A DNA stretch of 64,000 nucleotides, taken from assembly GCA_903834635.1 (NCBI GenBank), contig CAILJO010000082.1, positions 8,593 to 72,592 on the forward strand, in the 5' to 3' direction. This stretch comes from an uncultured Micrococcales bacterium. GTDB lineage: Bacteria; Actinomycetota; Actinomycetes; Actinomycetales; Microbacteriaceae. Position numbers and translations under genes: made by a program. The notes under the pieces are model-generated. The model saw only the letters and a list, made by a program, of their open reading frames with translations, had not been told where the DNA came from and ran no database searches. Below are positions 9,069-19,686 of this stretch, piece after piece (positions within the stretch are counted from its first letter, which is position 1; each line of letters opens with the position of its first letter).

Positions 9069-10511
9069 ATGTTCAAGACCGCTTCTGAGGTCGTGAAGTT
9101 CATCAAGGACAACGAAGTTAAGTTCCTTGACGTTCGATTCACCGACCTTCCAGGTGTACAGCAGCACTTCAACCTTCCGGCAGCGATGATCGACGAGCAG
9201 TTCTTCGTCGACGGCCAGCTTTTCGACGGTTCATCAATCCGCGGGTTCGCATCGATTCACGAATCAGACATGCAGCTAATCCCTGACGTAACCACCGCCT
9301 ACCTAGATGCTTTCCGTGTCGAGAAGACCTTGGTTATGTTGTTCGACATTTACAACCCTCGCAACGGTGAGCTTTACGGTCGTGACCCACGCCAGACCGC
9401 TAAGAAGGCTGAGGCATACTTGGCCTCAACCGGAATCGCTGACACAGCATTCTTCGCACCTGAGGCCGAATTCTTCATCTTTGATGACGTTCGTTTCCAC
9501 TACGGACAGAACAGTTCGGGTCACTTCATCGACTCAGACGAGGCAGCCTGGAACTCGGGACGCGACGAGAAGAACCTCGCCGCAGGTATTGGCGGAAACC
9601 TAGCCAACAAGACCCCTTACAAGGGTGGCTACTTCCCTGTATCTCCTGTTGACCAGCACGTTGACATGCGCGACCAGATTGTTCTAGAGCTAGAGGCCGC
9701 TGGCCTTTCGGTTGAGCGAAGCCACCACGAAGTTGGCACCGCAGGTCAGGGCGAAATCAACTACCGTTTTGACACCCTGGTAAAGGCTGCCGACGACATC
9801 TTGAAGTTCAAGTACATCGTCAAGAACGTAGCTAACTCATTCGGCAAGAGCGCAACTTTCATGCCTAAGCCACTTTTCGGTGACAACGGTTCGGGAATGC
9901 ACGTTCACCAGTCACTTTGGAAAGAAGGCAAGCCTCTGTTCTATGACGAGTCTGGCTACGGCGGTCTAAGCGATCTTGCACGCTGGTACATCGGTGGAAT
10001 CCTGAAGCACGCCCCATCACTTCTTGCCTGGACCAACCCAACGGTTAACTCATACCACCGTTTGGTGCCTGGCTTCGAGGCTCCAGTGAACCTGGTTTAC
10101 TCGGCTGGAAACCGCTCTGCTGCGATTCGCATTCCGATGACCGGCACTAACCCGAAGGCTAAGCGCATCGAGTTCCGTGCTCCTGACGCTTCGAGCAACC
10201 CATACTTCGCATTCGCTGCGATGCTGATGGCCGGACTCGACGGCATCAAGAACCGCATCGAGCCACACGAGCCTGTAGACAAGGACCTGTACGAACTTCC
10301 ACCAGAGGAAGCGAAGAACATCCCGCAGGTTCCAGGCAACCTAGAAGACGTTCTAAAGGCTCTCGAGGCGGATCACGACTACCTACTCGCAGGCGACGTA
10401 TTCACCAAGGACCTAATCGAGACTTGGATTGACTACAAGCGCGAGAAGGAGATCAAGCCTTTGGCTCTTCGTCCGCACCCATACGAGTTCGAGCTTTACT
10501 ACGGCGTCTAG
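9069..10511 (+). CDS. glnA: Glutamine synthetase type I (adenylylatable)
   Basis: 480 aa. [21 protein letters not shown], and the adenylylation-site context [19 protein letters not shown] lies upstream. Confidence 0.95.
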   Translation: MFKTASEVVKFIKDNEVKFLDVRFTDLPGVQQHFNLPAAMIDEQFFVDGQLFDGSSIRGFASIHESDMQLIPDVTTAYLDAFRVEKTLVMLFDIYNPRNGELYGRDPRQTAKKAEAYLASTGIADTAFFAPEAEFFIFDDVRFHYGQNSSGHFIDSDEAAWNSGRDEKNLAAGIGGNLANKTPYKGGYFPVSPVDQHVDMRDQIVLELEAAGLSVERSHHEVGTAGQGEINYRFDTLVKAADDILKFKYIVKNVANSFGKSATFMPKPLFGDNGSGMHVHQSLWKEGKPLFYDESGYGGLSDLARWYIGGILKHAPSLLAWTNPTVNSYHRLVPGFEAPVNLVYSAGNRSAAIRIPMTGTNPKAKRIEFRAPDASSNPYFAFAAMLMAGLDGIKNRIEPHEPVDKDLYELPPEEAKNIPQVPGNLEDVLKALEADHDYLLAGDVFTKDLIETWIDYKREKEIKPLALRPHPYEFELYYGV

Positions 10512-10527
10512 TCGAATTTAGTTCGAT

Positions 10528-10550
10528 GGGCCTCTCCGAAAGGAGGGGCC
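10528..10550. terminator. Hairpin between convergent glnA and glnE
   Basis: GGCCTCTCC-GAAA-GGAGGGGCC, a 9-bp stem with one G.U pair. Confidence 0.55.
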
Positions 10551-10557
10551 TATTCGT

Positions 10558-13500
10558 TTATTCGGATTCTGTTTGACCATAAAACAGGCGTTCAAAGACG
10601 CCTCTTGAGCGGCGAGTGAAGGCCAAGTAGTCCTGTTCTAAAGCGGAGGCACTCCCTGCCGGGTATTCAAGAATGCGAGCAATGCCATCGAGTTGTCGCC
10701 GATCGTTTGGAAGAACATCGGTGCGTTTATTTGCCCAAAGGACCGAGGCCGAACGCACTCGAGAAGCCAATAGCCAGGCCTCTTTAAGAACACGGGCGTC
10801 GTGTTCGGCGATCAGCCCTTCGGCTACGCAGGCACTCAGTGCTTCGAGTGTTTTGGGTGTTCGAATCGGTGGATGCTCGTGGCCGTGTTGAAGCTGCATA
10901 AGTTGGACGAGCCATTCAACATCAGAAAGCGAACCGCGCCCAAGTTTAAGATGCCTCCTAGCGTCTGCACCTTGTGGCAATCTTTCTGTTTCGACTCGGG
11001 CCTTGATTCTGCGAATCTGAATAATGGCTGATGCATCTAGAAGTTGCGGGTAGCGGTATTTATCAATGAGCTCTTCGAAATCAGTGCACAAAGCTTTTGC
11101 GCCAGCTACAGGTCTAGCCCGAAGAAGAGCCTGTGATTCCCAAGTATTTGCCCAGCGCTCGTAATACTGGCGATAAGAATCGAGGGATCGGGCAACTGCG
11201 CCGTTTTTGCCCTCAGGCCGAAGATCGATGTCAATTTCGAATTCAAGAACCGGATCGGCTGACAAACGCTTTAGTTCTGAGATGATTTTTTCAGCCACTT
11301 TTTGGGCCTCATCGTTTGAGGCGGCGTTTGCTCGATAAACAAACATCAGGTCTGCGTCACTTCCGAAGCCAAGCTCCTCGCCTCCGAACCTGCCCATTGC
11401 TATTGCAGCAAACTCCAGCAACTCCGACACGGGGCGTGAAGATACACCTGACTCCTTAGATGAACTAACAAGTTCAATAAAGGCTGCTAAGTAGCACTCC
11501 GTGATCGCAGTCAGACCGATCTCGATTTGTTGAAGACTCAGGTCTCCAAGCACTGCACCCATGGCGAGACGGAGAGTCTCTCTTCGTCTTATGTGCTTCA
11601 ATGCCGAAGCAGTTTTATCGAGGTCTTCATGCCTTTCAAGAATCGATGCCATTTCAGAACTTATCTCGTTGGAACTACGAGGTTGCACGTCACCAGAGTG
11701 TTCAAGCCAGGCAGCCGCTTCAGGTATTTTCTCTAAAAGGCTTGTTGCGAGTCGGCTGAGCGAAAGAACCGTGGTGAGGCGGTTTGCTGCACCTGATGAA
11801 TCTCTAAGCATTCTAAGAAACCACGGAGACTCGCCAAGGTCTTCACTGAGGCGACGAAAAGCTAGAAGGGCTACATCTGGTTCGCTACCCTCGCCAAACC
11901 ACTGAATGAGCACTGGCAGCAGTGAGCGTTGGATTGCTGCGCGCCTTGATAGCCCGCTTGTGAGCGCCTGAATGTGGGTCATCGCGCTCTTGGCATCCAA
12001 GAACCCAATGGCCCGCAATCGATCCTCAGCCTGTTCGCTACTAAGCGAAAGGTCCGAGTTATCAAGTCTGGCCACAGCAGAAAGAAGTGGTCTATAGAAC
12101 ACCTGTTGGTGCAACGAGCGCACTTCGGCCTTTACTGCTTCCCATCGACTGGTTAGCTCATCCGCGTTCTTGAGACCAACCTGGCGAGCAATGGCACGTA
12201 GCGCCGATTCACTTGTCGGCATCAGGTGTGTGCGACGCATTGCTGAAAGTTGGATTCTGTGCTCCAAAAGGCGCAAGAATCGGTAGTCGCGGTCAAAAGT
12301 GGCCGCGTCTTCTCGCCCGATGTACCCAGCGTCTCGCAGGGCTGCAATCGCCGATAGCGTGTCTCGAACCTGGACACTTGAATCTGTTCGACCATGCACA
12401 AGTTGAAGCAACTGCACGGTGAACTCGATATCTCTTAACCCGCCCGGACCGAGCTTGATTTGGCGATCGACCTCTTCGTTAGGAATGAACTCCATCACGC
12501 GTTCACGCATCTTTTGGGCCGACTCAACGAAACCGTCACGCCCGGCAGAGCTCCAAACTAGTGCCTGAGTTTTAGCGCAATATTCTTCACCGAGTTGCTC
12601 GTCACCTGCGATTACACGTGCCTTCAACAGCGCTTGAAACTCCCAGTTCTGAGCCCATCGATCGTAATAAGCCAAATGCGAGTCCAGTGTGCGAACAAGC
12701 GCTCCCGATTTGCCTTCTGGTCGAAGATTGGGATCAACCTGCCAAAGTGCCGGCTCAGAAGCATTTCCATCCATGGCTCGCATCATGCGTGTAGCCAGTC
12801 TGGTAGCAATCTCGAGAGCCCGCGAGCTCTCGGTTCGATCATTAGCCGATTCGGCAACAAAAATGACATCGACGTCGCTGATGTAGTTGAGCTCGCGAGC
12901 ACCACATTTGCCCATGGCTATTACAGCCAAACGTGTGTCGGCAACCTCTGTAGCGTTGTATACGCCGTGATCCGAGGTAGTCGTGAGTTCGACCCTGGCA
13001 GCCTGCAAACCTGCTTCTAAAGCCGCCGAAGCTAAATCAGCCAGATGAGCGGCAACGACATGCATGCCCGACTCTGGGTTACCCTGTGTTAGGTCAAAAG
13101 CCGCTAGTCTGAGCAATTCTTTGCGGTAGCGATAGCGAATCGAACTCCAGACTCTATCCGACTGAAAGTCAGGTTTCGCTGCATCGATAGCGGTTTCGAT
13201 AAAGGTTTTCTTTAGATCCACGACACCAGGAAGTTTCGCTTCAGACTTGTCCAAGACATTCAGCGCCTCTGGATGCCTACGCAAGAAATCGACCAACGCC
13301 GAGGATGCACCTAGGCAAAGAATTAACCTCTCTGCAGAGTCAGCACTCTTTAGAAGTTTTTTTATGGCTGTTTTATCAATCTCAGCGAGGTCCAACAGTG
13401 CGTTTAGCGCTTGATCGGGGCTGGCAGAGCGGGAAAGTGGATCTAAAGCCGATCTTCCGGAATCTCCAACGACCGCGACTAGTTGATCAAGCTTTTTGAT

Positions 13501-13569
13501 CGTAGCCTCGAGCTCGACGAAACCTAGCCTCGCCAACTCGGAGAGGCCGAAACTCCGCGCATCGGCCAT
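10558..13569 (-). CDS. glnE: Bifunctional glutamine synthetase adenylyltransferase / adenylyl-removing enzyme
   Basis: 1003 aa. Two nucleotidyltransferase modules (GKCGARELNYISDVDVIFV and GRFGGEELGFGSDADLMFV). Confidence 0.95.
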   Translation of the reverse strand: MADARSFGLSELARLGFVELEATIKKLDQLVAVVGDSGRSALDPLSRSASPDQALNALLDLAEIDKTAIKKLLKSADSAERLILCLGASSALVDFLRRHPEALNVLDKSEAKLPGVVDLKKTFIETAIDAAKPDFQSDRVWSSIRYRYRKELLRLAAFDLTQGNPESGMHVVAAHLADLASAALEAGLQAARVELTTTSDHGVYNATEVADTRLAVIAMGKCGARELNYISDVDVIFVAESANDRTESSRALEIATRLATRMMRAMDGNASEPALWQVDPNLRPEGKSGALVRTLDSHLAYYDRWAQNWEFQALLKARVIAGDEQLGEEYCAKTQALVWSSAGRDGFVESAQKMRERVMEFIPNEEVDRQIKLGPGGLRDIEFTVQLLQLVHGRTDSSVQVRDTLSAIAALRDAGYIGREDAATFDRDYRFLRLLEHRIQLSAMRRTHLMPTSESALRAIARQVGLKNADELTSRWEAVKAEVRSLHQQVFYRPLLSAVARLDNSDLSLSSEQAEDRLRAIGFLDAKSAMTHIQALTSGLSRRAAIQRSLLPVLIQWFGEGSEPDVALLAFRRLSEDLGESPWFLRMLRDSSGAANRLTTVLSLSRLATSLLEKIPEAAAWLEHSGDVQPRSSNEISSEMASILERHEDLDKTASALKHIRRRETLRLAMGAVLGDLSLQQIEIGLTAITECYLAAFIELVSSSKESGVSSRPVSELLEFAAIAMGRFGGEELGFGSDADLMFVYRANAASNDEAQKVAEKIISELKRLSADPVLEFEIDIDLRPEGKNGAVARSLDSYRQYYERWANTWESQALLRARPVAGAKALCTDFEELIDKYRYPQLLDASAIIQIRRIKARVETERLPQGADARRHLKLGRGSLSDVEWLVQLMQLQHGHEHPPIRTPKTLEALSACVAEGLIAEHDARVLKEAWLLASRVRSASVLWANKRTDVLPNDRRQLDGIARILEYPAGSASALEQDYLAFTRRSRGVFERLFYGQTESE

Positions 13570-13574
13570 AGCTG

Positions 13575-14912
13575 TTAGAGGGTCTCTAGGTTTTGCTTCA
13601 GTTCAAAGGGCGTTACTTGTGAACGGTATTCGCTCCATTCACGACGCTTATTAGCAAGAACATACGAAAAGACCTCTTCACCGAGTGTCTCTGCAGCCAG
13701 TTCGCTTTCTTCGAGTTTGCGGATAGCGTGATCGAGGCTCTGTGGCAAAGGTTGAATTCCCATGGCACGTCGCTCAGAGTCGGTGAGACTCCAAACATTG
13801 TCTTCGGTTTCTGCTGGTAGCTCGTATTCGTTCTCAATACCCTTTAGACCCGCCGACAAAATCAGGGCGTAGGCGAGGTATGGGTTCGCGGCCGAGTCAA
13901 TGGCGCGGTACTCGATTCGCGACGACTGACCCTTGTTCGGCTTATACAAGGGCACTCGGATCAGCGCGGAGCGGTTGTTGTGCCCCCAGCAGACGAACGA
14001 TGGGGCTTCTCCCCCACCCCAAAGGCGCTTGTATGAGTTGACGTACTGATTGGTGACCGCAGTGATTTCTGGCGCGTGGTGAAGCAAGCCAGCGATGAAG
14101 TGTTTTGCCGTCTTCGACAGGTGGTACTCACCGCCAGGCTCAAAGAAAGCGTTGGTGTCACCCTGAAACAGAGACATGTGGGTGTGCATGCCAGATCCTG
14201 GGTGTTCAGTAAAAGGTTTCGGCATGAACGTCGCGTATACGCCCTGTTCGATTGCCACCTCTTTGATCACTGTTCGGAAAGTCATGATGTTGTCGGCCAT
14301 AGTTAGAGCATCGGCATAGCGAAGGTCGATTTCATTCTGACCAGGGCCGCCCTCATGGTGGCTAAACTCGACGGAAATACCGAGTTGCTCAAGCATCGAA
14401 ACGGCTCGGCGGCGGAAATCGTGGGCGGTTCCACCAGGCACATTATCGAAGTATCCAGCCTTATCGACCGGAATGGGCCCTTCAGGACCGATGCTCGAAG
14501 ACTTAAGCAGGTAGAACTCGATTTCAGGGTGAATGTAAAAACTGAAACCCATGTCGCTGGCTTTAGCCAGCGCGCGACGGAGCACGTTTCGAGGGTCGGC
14601 TGCAGCCGGTTGGCCATCGGGGGTTTGGATGTCGCAGAACATGCGAGCAGTCGGGTCAATCTCGCCACGCCACGGCAGAATCTGAAAAGTGCTCGGATCT
14701 GGACACGCGAGCATGTCGGCTTCATACGTGCGAGCAAGACCTTCGATGGCGCTGCCGTCGAAGCCAATACCTTCGGCAAAAGCGCCTTCGATTTCGGCTG
14801 GAGCGATGGCAACAGACTTTAGTGTGCCGGCCACATCGGTGAACCATAGGCGCACAAACTTGACGCTGCGCTCCTCGATTGTGCGCAATACAAAGTCACG
14901 TTGCTTGTCCAT
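13575..14912 (-). CDS. glnA2: Glutamine synthetase family protein (GlnA2 type)
   Basis: The ORF extends to 15095, but MDKQRDFVLRTIEERSVKFVRLWFTD at 14912 is the typical N-terminus and is preceded by SD GAGAGGA. FMPKPFTEHPGSGMHTHMSLF motif. 445 aa. Confidence 0.9.
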   Translation of the reverse strand: MDKQRDFVLRTIEERSVKFVRLWFTDVAGTLKSVAIAPAEIEGAFAEGIGFDGSAIEGLARTYEADMLACPDPSTFQILPWRGEIDPTARMFCDIQTPDGQPAAADPRNVLRRALAKASDMGFSFYIHPEIEFYLLKSSSIGPEGPIPVDKAGYFDNVPGGTAHDFRRRAVSMLEQLGISVEFSHHEGGPGQNEIDLRYADALTMADNIMTFRTVIKEVAIEQGVYATFMPKPFTEHPGSGMHTHMSLFQGDTNAFFEPGGEYHLSKTAKHFIAGLLHHAPEITAVTNQYVNSYKRLWGGGEAPSFVCWGHNNRSALIRVPLYKPNKGQSSRIEYRAIDSAANPYLAYALILSAGLKGIENEYELPAETEDNVWSLTDSERRAMGIQPLPQSLDHAIRKLEESELAAETLGEEVFSYVLANKRREWSEYRSQVTPFELKQNLETL

Positions 14913-14946
14913 TGAAGGAATCCTCTCTTTGCCTACTACTAGGCTA

Positions 14947-16605
14947 ATGGTTATGCCAAAAGTTCGCCTTTCGCTGGCCCAAATCAACCCGACTGTGGGT
15001 GATATTTCTGCCAACACCGCAGAGATACTGAGCTTTTGCAAGGCGGCAGCCGCAGAGGGCACTGATGTTGTCGTCTTTGGCGAGATGACGATCACTGGGT
15101 ATCCGATCGAAGACTTGGCAACACGTGAGTCATTTGTGACCAGAGCACACTCGGCTGTAAACGAGTTGGCTCAGAAACTCGTTGAACTGGGTCTTGGCGA
15201 CCTGATGGTAGTGATCGGGCACCCCGCTCTAGCCTCGCCAGAGGCAAGAAACGGTTGGGCGATTGCCCAAAACTGCGCGAGTGTGATTCTCGGCGGCAAA
15301 GTAATTGGCAAATATGCGAAGCACCACCTGCCCAACTATTCGGTTTTCGACGAGTATCGAAATTTCGTACCGGGCAATGAATTGCTGGTCGTCGAGCGGC
15401 TCGGGCTAAAGTTTGCCATCGTCATCTGCGAAGACATTTGGCAGACTGGAGGACCCGTTGCTGAAATCTCTAAGCACGATGCCGACGTTACTTTGGTGCT
15501 GAACGGTTCACCTTTTGAAGTAGACAAAGATGACCGAAGGTTAGAGCTCGTTCGTGAACTAGCGCTCAAACACTCAACAACAACCGCTTATGTGAATCTG
15601 GTGGGCGGTCAGGACGATCTAGTTTTTGACGGCGACAGCATCGTTGTCGACGCATCGGGACAGCTCGTTGGGCGCAGCTATCAATTCGAAGAAGATCTTT
15701 TGAGCGTCGACATTGAAGATCGCTCTGTTTCACTATCATCGGCCCATCCCCTGGTCAAAAAGGACGACACCTGGCAGATTTGGAATGCGCTCGTTTTAGG
15801 GCTTCGTGACTATGTGAAAAAGAACGGCTTCAAGAGCGTAGTTCTTGGTCTTTCTGGTGGCATAGATTCGGCTGTCTGCGCCGTCATCGCCGCGGATGCA
15901 ATAGGCGCTGAAAATGTCTATGGCATTTCAATGCCGAGCGTCTATTCAAGCGACCACTCAAAATCTGATGCGCAAGACCTAGCTGAGCGAATCGGCTGTC
16001 ACTATTACACAGTTCCCATTGAACCGATGGTTGAATCTTTCGAGCAGGAACTTAAGTTCAGCGGGCTTGCCAGCGAAAACCTTCAGGCCCGTGTTCGAGG
16101 GGTTGTTCTCATGGGGCTCAGCAACCAGTTTGGGCACTTGACGCTCACCACCGGAAACAAAACAGAACTTGCCGTGGGTTACAGCACGATCTATGGCGAC
16201 TCAGTGGGTGGATTCGCTCCAATCAAAGATGTCGAAAAGACGCTTGTTTGGGAATTGGCGAAGTGGAGAAACCTTCAGGCTGAAAGCGATGGACAGATCG
16301 CCCCAATTCCTGAAAACTCAATCTCGAAGCCACCTTCTGCCGAGCTTCGACCGGGACAAGTGGATCAGGATTCGCTGCCAGAGTATGACGTTCTTGACGC
16401 GATTCTAGAAATGTACGTGGGCCAACGTGCTTCTGCAGGCAGCATCGTGGCTGCAGGTTTCGATGCCGAAACCGTGAACCGCATAGCTGCACTGGTTGAC
16501 CGAGCAGAGTGGAAACGCCGCCAAGGCGCAATAGGTCCAAAAATAACAGGGATGGCCTTTGGCCGTGACCGACGCCTTCCGATTACCAACAAATACAAGG
16601 AGTAA
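14947..16605 (+). CDS. nadE: Glutamine-dependent NAD+ synthetase
   Basis: The ORF is open from 14689, but that part overlaps glnA2. MVMPKVRLSLAQINPTVGD is the typical start (ATG at 14947 or 14953). CN-hydrolase domain (ICEDIW) plus PP-loop GLSGGIDSAV. Confidence 0.9.
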   Translation: MVMPKVRLSLAQINPTVGDISANTAEILSFCKAAAAEGTDVVVFGEMTITGYPIEDLATRESFVTRAHSAVNELAQKLVELGLGDLMVVIGHPALASPEARNGWAIAQNCASVILGGKVIGKYAKHHLPNYSVFDEYRNFVPGNELLVVERLGLKFAIVICEDIWQTGGPVAEISKHDADVTLVLNGSPFEVDKDDRRLELVRELALKHSTTTAYVNLVGGQDDLVFDGDSIVVDASGQLVGRSYQFEEDLLSVDIEDRSVSLSSAHPLVKKDDTWQIWNALVLGLRDYVKKNGFKSVVLGLSGGIDSAVCAVIAADAIGAENVYGISMPSVYSSDHSKSDAQDLAERIGCHYYTVPIEPMVESFEQELKFSGLASENLQARVRGVVLMGLSNQFGHLTLTTGNKTELAVGYSTIYGDSVGGFAPIKDVEKTLVWELAKWRNLQAESDGQIAPIPENSISKPPSAELRPGQVDQDSLPEYDVLDAILEMYVGQRASAGSIVAAGFDAETVNRIAALVDRAEWKRRQGAIGPKITGMAFGRDRRLPITNKYKE

Positions 16606-16607
16606 AA

Positions 16608-17000
16608 GTGGCAGCCGATCGTTTGATTTCTTCAGGAGGGCCGTGGGAGGCCGTAATTGGCTACTCCAGAGCCGTTGTAGCCGGTGAATACGTGCACGTA
16701 TCCGGATCCACCGCAACAGTAGACGGCGTTCTTCAACATGAAGGCGATGCCTATGGACAAACACGCGTCGCCTTCAAAGTAATCGAATCGGCATTAGCTC
16801 AAGCTGGTTATGAACTCAAAGACATCGTTCGCACTCGGGTGTATTTGGCGTCAGCCGAGGACATGGACTCGGTGGGTAAAGCCCATGGAGAACTATTCTC
16901 AGAAATTCGCCCTGCCGCAACCATGTTGGCTGGCATTCAGTTCATCAATCCAAAGATGCTGGTCGAGATTGAAGTTGACGCCTGGAAGTCTAAGAATTGA
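16608..17000 (+). CDS. RidA/YjgF-family protein
   Basis: 130 aa. GTG start 6 nt after SD AAGGAG. C-terminal LVEIEVDA is typical of the YjgF/RidA fold. Confidence 0.8.
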   Translation: MAADRLISSGGPWEAVIGYSRAVVAGEYVHVSGSTATVDGVLQHEGDAYGQTRVAFKVIESALAQAGYELKDIVRTRVYLASAEDMDSVGKAHGELFSEIRPAATMLAGIQFINPKMLVEIEVDAWKSKN

Positions 17001-17806
17001 CCGAAAATTCGCCGAAAACGGTTCGCACGGCAACACTTCTTGATTTCAAGGCGGAGGGTCGCAAAATTGTCTGCCTAACGAGTTACGACGCACTCACTGC
17101 GGGAATATTCGACGCGGCTGGCATAGACGTTCTGCTCGTAGGAGACTCGGCTGCAGACAATAGCCTCGGTTACAAGACAACTCTGCCAATCACACTTGAT
17201 GAAATGATTCCTTTTGGGCGCGCGGTAGCCGCTGCCGCAAAACGTGCGCTGGTTGTGGTGGACCTGCCGTTTGGAACTTACGAAACGTCACCAGCCGACG
17301 CGCTGGCCAGCGCCATCCGTGTAATGAAAGAAACCGGTGCAGCGGCTGTAAAGCTTGAAGGTGGCAAACGAAGTTCCGAAGCGATCCGCGCAATTACCGA
17401 AGCCGGCATACCAGTCATGGCTCACATTGGTTTCACACCCCAAAGCGTTCACAATCTCGGTGGTTTCAAAGTGCAAGGTCGAGGCGATTCGGCAGACCAA
17501 CTGATAGCCGACGCACTTGCAGTTGAGGCTGCCGGGGCGTTTGCCGTTGTGCTTGAACTTGTTCCAGCATCTTTGGCCGCCGAAGTCACGACACTACTAA
17601 GTATTCCGACAATCGGCATTGGCGCTGGAAACGATACTGACGGGCAAATTCTCGTTTGGACAGACTTCGCTGGGTTGCATCAGGGCAGACCTCGAAAGTT
17701 CGTTAGGCAATATGCCTCGCTATTTGAAACTCTCACCAACGCCGCAAAGCAGTATCGCGATGACGTCGTGGCGAAGTCTTTTCCTAACAAGGATGAAGAG
17801 TTCTAG
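16997..17806 (+). CDS. panB: 3-methyl-2-oxobutanoate hydroxymethyltransferase
   Basis: 269 aa. TTG start overlapping the ridA stop (TTGA). [13 protein letters not shown] and VKLEGG motifs. Confidence 0.9.
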   Translation: MTENSPKTVRTATLLDFKAEGRKIVCLTSYDALTAGIFDAAGIDVLLVGDSAADNSLGYKTTLPITLDEMIPFGRAVAAAAKRALVVVDLPFGTYETSPADALASAIRVMKETGAAAVKLEGGKRSSEAIRAITEAGIPVMAHIGFTPQSVHNLGGFKVQGRGDSADQLIADALAVEAAGAFAVVLELVPASLAAEVTTLLSIPTIGIGAGNDTDGQILVWTDFAGLHQGRPRKFVRQYASLFETLTNAAKQYRDDVVAKSFPNKDEEF

Positions 17807-18006
17807 TTCTCATCCTCGCTACGAATGGTTGCAGCTCGTTCTGAAATGATTTTTAGGGCTTGGCTTGCCTGTTCCTTTGAAGCAAACGGACCTATACGGC
17901 TTACCGAGGCCGACAGTCTCCCAAACTCGACAGTCCCAGTTTTGGTGTTGAACCACCACTCCTCCGGGGTGCCATCTGAAGCGATTTTCTTGTCTGAGGG
18001 TGTCAT
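17803..18006 (-). CDS. Small conserved actinobacterial hypothetical protein (67 aa)
   Basis: [33 protein letters not shown] resembles a small protein I recall being widespread in Actinobacteria. Its stop overlaps the panB stop (CTAG). Confidence 0.55.
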   Translation of the reverse strand: MTPSDKKIASDGTPEEWWFNTKTGTVEFGRLSASVSRIGPFASKEQASQALKIISERAATIRSEDEN

Positions 18007-18043
18007 AACGCAAGCCTAATCAAGGGCAAACTAAACTGACAAC

Positions 18044-18907
18044 ATGCCGAAAGACGCCGCGGGCCACCTGACACCGGGACGAATTTCTGCTCGGCTAGAT
18101 GTTCCTCAAGGCATTCCTCGCCCGGAGTACGTTTGGAAGCCGGCACCTGCCCGATTCACTGGTTCAAATGTGAAGAACTCGGATCAGATAGAAAAAATTC
18201 GTAGAGCCGGTCGCATAGCCGCGCAGGCGATTGATCTAGCTGGTGCCGCAGCTGTGCCGGGTGTCTCGACAGACCAATTAGACAAAATCGTTCACGAGTT
18301 CGTTGTTAGCCAAGGTGCCTACCCAAGCACACTCGGCTACCGGAACTATCCAAAATCCTGCTGCACCTCGATAAACGAGGTAATTTGCCATGGCATTCCA
18401 GATGACACGGTTCTCGAAGAGGGCGATATAGTCAACATCGACGTCACCGCATACCTCGACGGGTTTCATGGCGATAGCAACAAAACCTTTGAGGTTGGGC
18501 AGGTTAGCGGCCGGGTGCATGACCTCGTGGAGCGCACTAGAGAAGCTCTGCAAAGAGGTATGTCTGTGGTGGCGCCCGGACGCGAGGTGAATGTTATTGG
18601 CCGAGCAATCGAGTCTTATGCCAAGAGGTTTGGTTATGGTGTCGTGCGTGACTTCACCGGCCACGGAATCGGCGAAGCGTTTCATTCAGGCCTAATCATC
18701 CCGCACTACGACACCAACGTTTATGCCGACGTAATGGAAGTTGGCATGGTTTTCACTATCGAACCGATGCTAACGCTCGGCACACATACCTGGGACATTT
18801 GGCAAGACCAATGGACCATCTTGACAAAAGACAAAAGCATCACCGCGCAGTTCGAGCACACGCTGGTCGTCACCGAGACCGGCTTCGACATTTTGACACT
18901 GCCATAA
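18044..18907 (+). CDS. map: Methionine aminopeptidase type I
   Basis: 287 aa. Metal ligands in DVTAYLDGFHGD, FTGHGIG, TIEPM and QFEHT. Confidence 0.95.
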   Translation: MPKDAAGHLTPGRISARLDVPQGIPRPEYVWKPAPARFTGSNVKNSDQIEKIRRAGRIAAQAIDLAGAAAVPGVSTDQLDKIVHEFVVSQGAYPSTLGYRNYPKSCCTSINEVICHGIPDDTVLEEGDIVNIDVTAYLDGFHGDSNKTFEVGQVSGRVHDLVERTREALQRGMSVVAPGREVNVIGRAIESYAKRFGYGVVRDFTGHGIGEAFHSGLIIPHYDTNVYADVMEVGMVFTIEPMLTLGTHTWDIWQDQWTILTKDKSITAQFEHTLVVTETGFDILTLP

Positions 18908-18924
18908 ACGAAAGCGATCAACTA

Positions 18925-19680
18925 ATGGCAAAAAAGGCTATCGGAATTGACATCGGCGGCACCGGCATTAAAGGAGCGGTTGCCGATGTGAAGGAAGGCT
19001 CGCTAATTAGCGAGCGCATTCGAGTGGAAACCCCCGACGGTGGCCGACCAAAAGATATTGCAGCGGCGGTGGCATAACTCATCGATGATCTTGGCTACAG
19101 CAAAAACCTGGAGGTTGGAATCTGTTTTCCTGCGGTTGTTCAGCACGGAGTAACCAAGTCGGCTGCCAACATCTCTGAAGAGTGGATTGATCTAGATGCA
19201 GACGCACTATTTACTAAGACTCTAAAGCGTCACGTTCATATCTTGAACGACGCCGACGCAGCAGGCGTGGCCGAAGCAAAGTTCGGAGCTGCCAAGAAGG
19301 CTAAGGGCTTGACCATTTTGACCACATTGGGAACTGGAATTGGTGTTGCACTGTTGTATGACGGCGAGCTGATTCCTAATGCCGAGCTTGGCCACTTGGA
19401 AATTGATGGCGTGGACGCCGAAACCATTGCCTCATTTGCCGCAAAAGAACGCGAGAACCTTGACTGGGCGCAGTGGGCAGCGCGCCTGCAGCGCTATTAC
19501 AGCGAGATGGAACGACTTTTTTCGCCAGATATGTTCATTGTGGGCGGTGGAGTCAGCAAGCAGTACGCCGATTTCTTGCCGCTTCTCAAGCTAAAAACCA
19601 AGATCGTTCCGGCTGAAACGCGCAACAGCGCAGGAATCCTAGGCGCAGCCGCTCTGGCCTATAAGAATCGCGAAGACTAA
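18925..19680 (+). pseudogene. ppgK: Polyphosphate glucokinase (ROK family) interrupted by one in-frame TAA at 19075..19077
   Basis: MAKKAIGIDIGGTGIKG...DIAAAVA-TAA-LIDDLGYSKNLEVGICFPAVVQHG...ILNDADAAGVAE...GTGIG...FIVGGGVS is colinear with PPGK along its whole length in a single frame. The stop sits where Glu/Gln/Lys is expected. Confidence 0.8.
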
Positions 19681-19686
19681 AAGTAT

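Noticed and set aside
14689-15095. Long N-terminal extensions of nadE (from 14689) and glnA2 (to 15095) that overlap each other by about 400 nt
   Set aside because: The extensions have no similarity to the respective families. Family-typical N-termini start at 14947 and 14912, and glnA2 has a good SD there.
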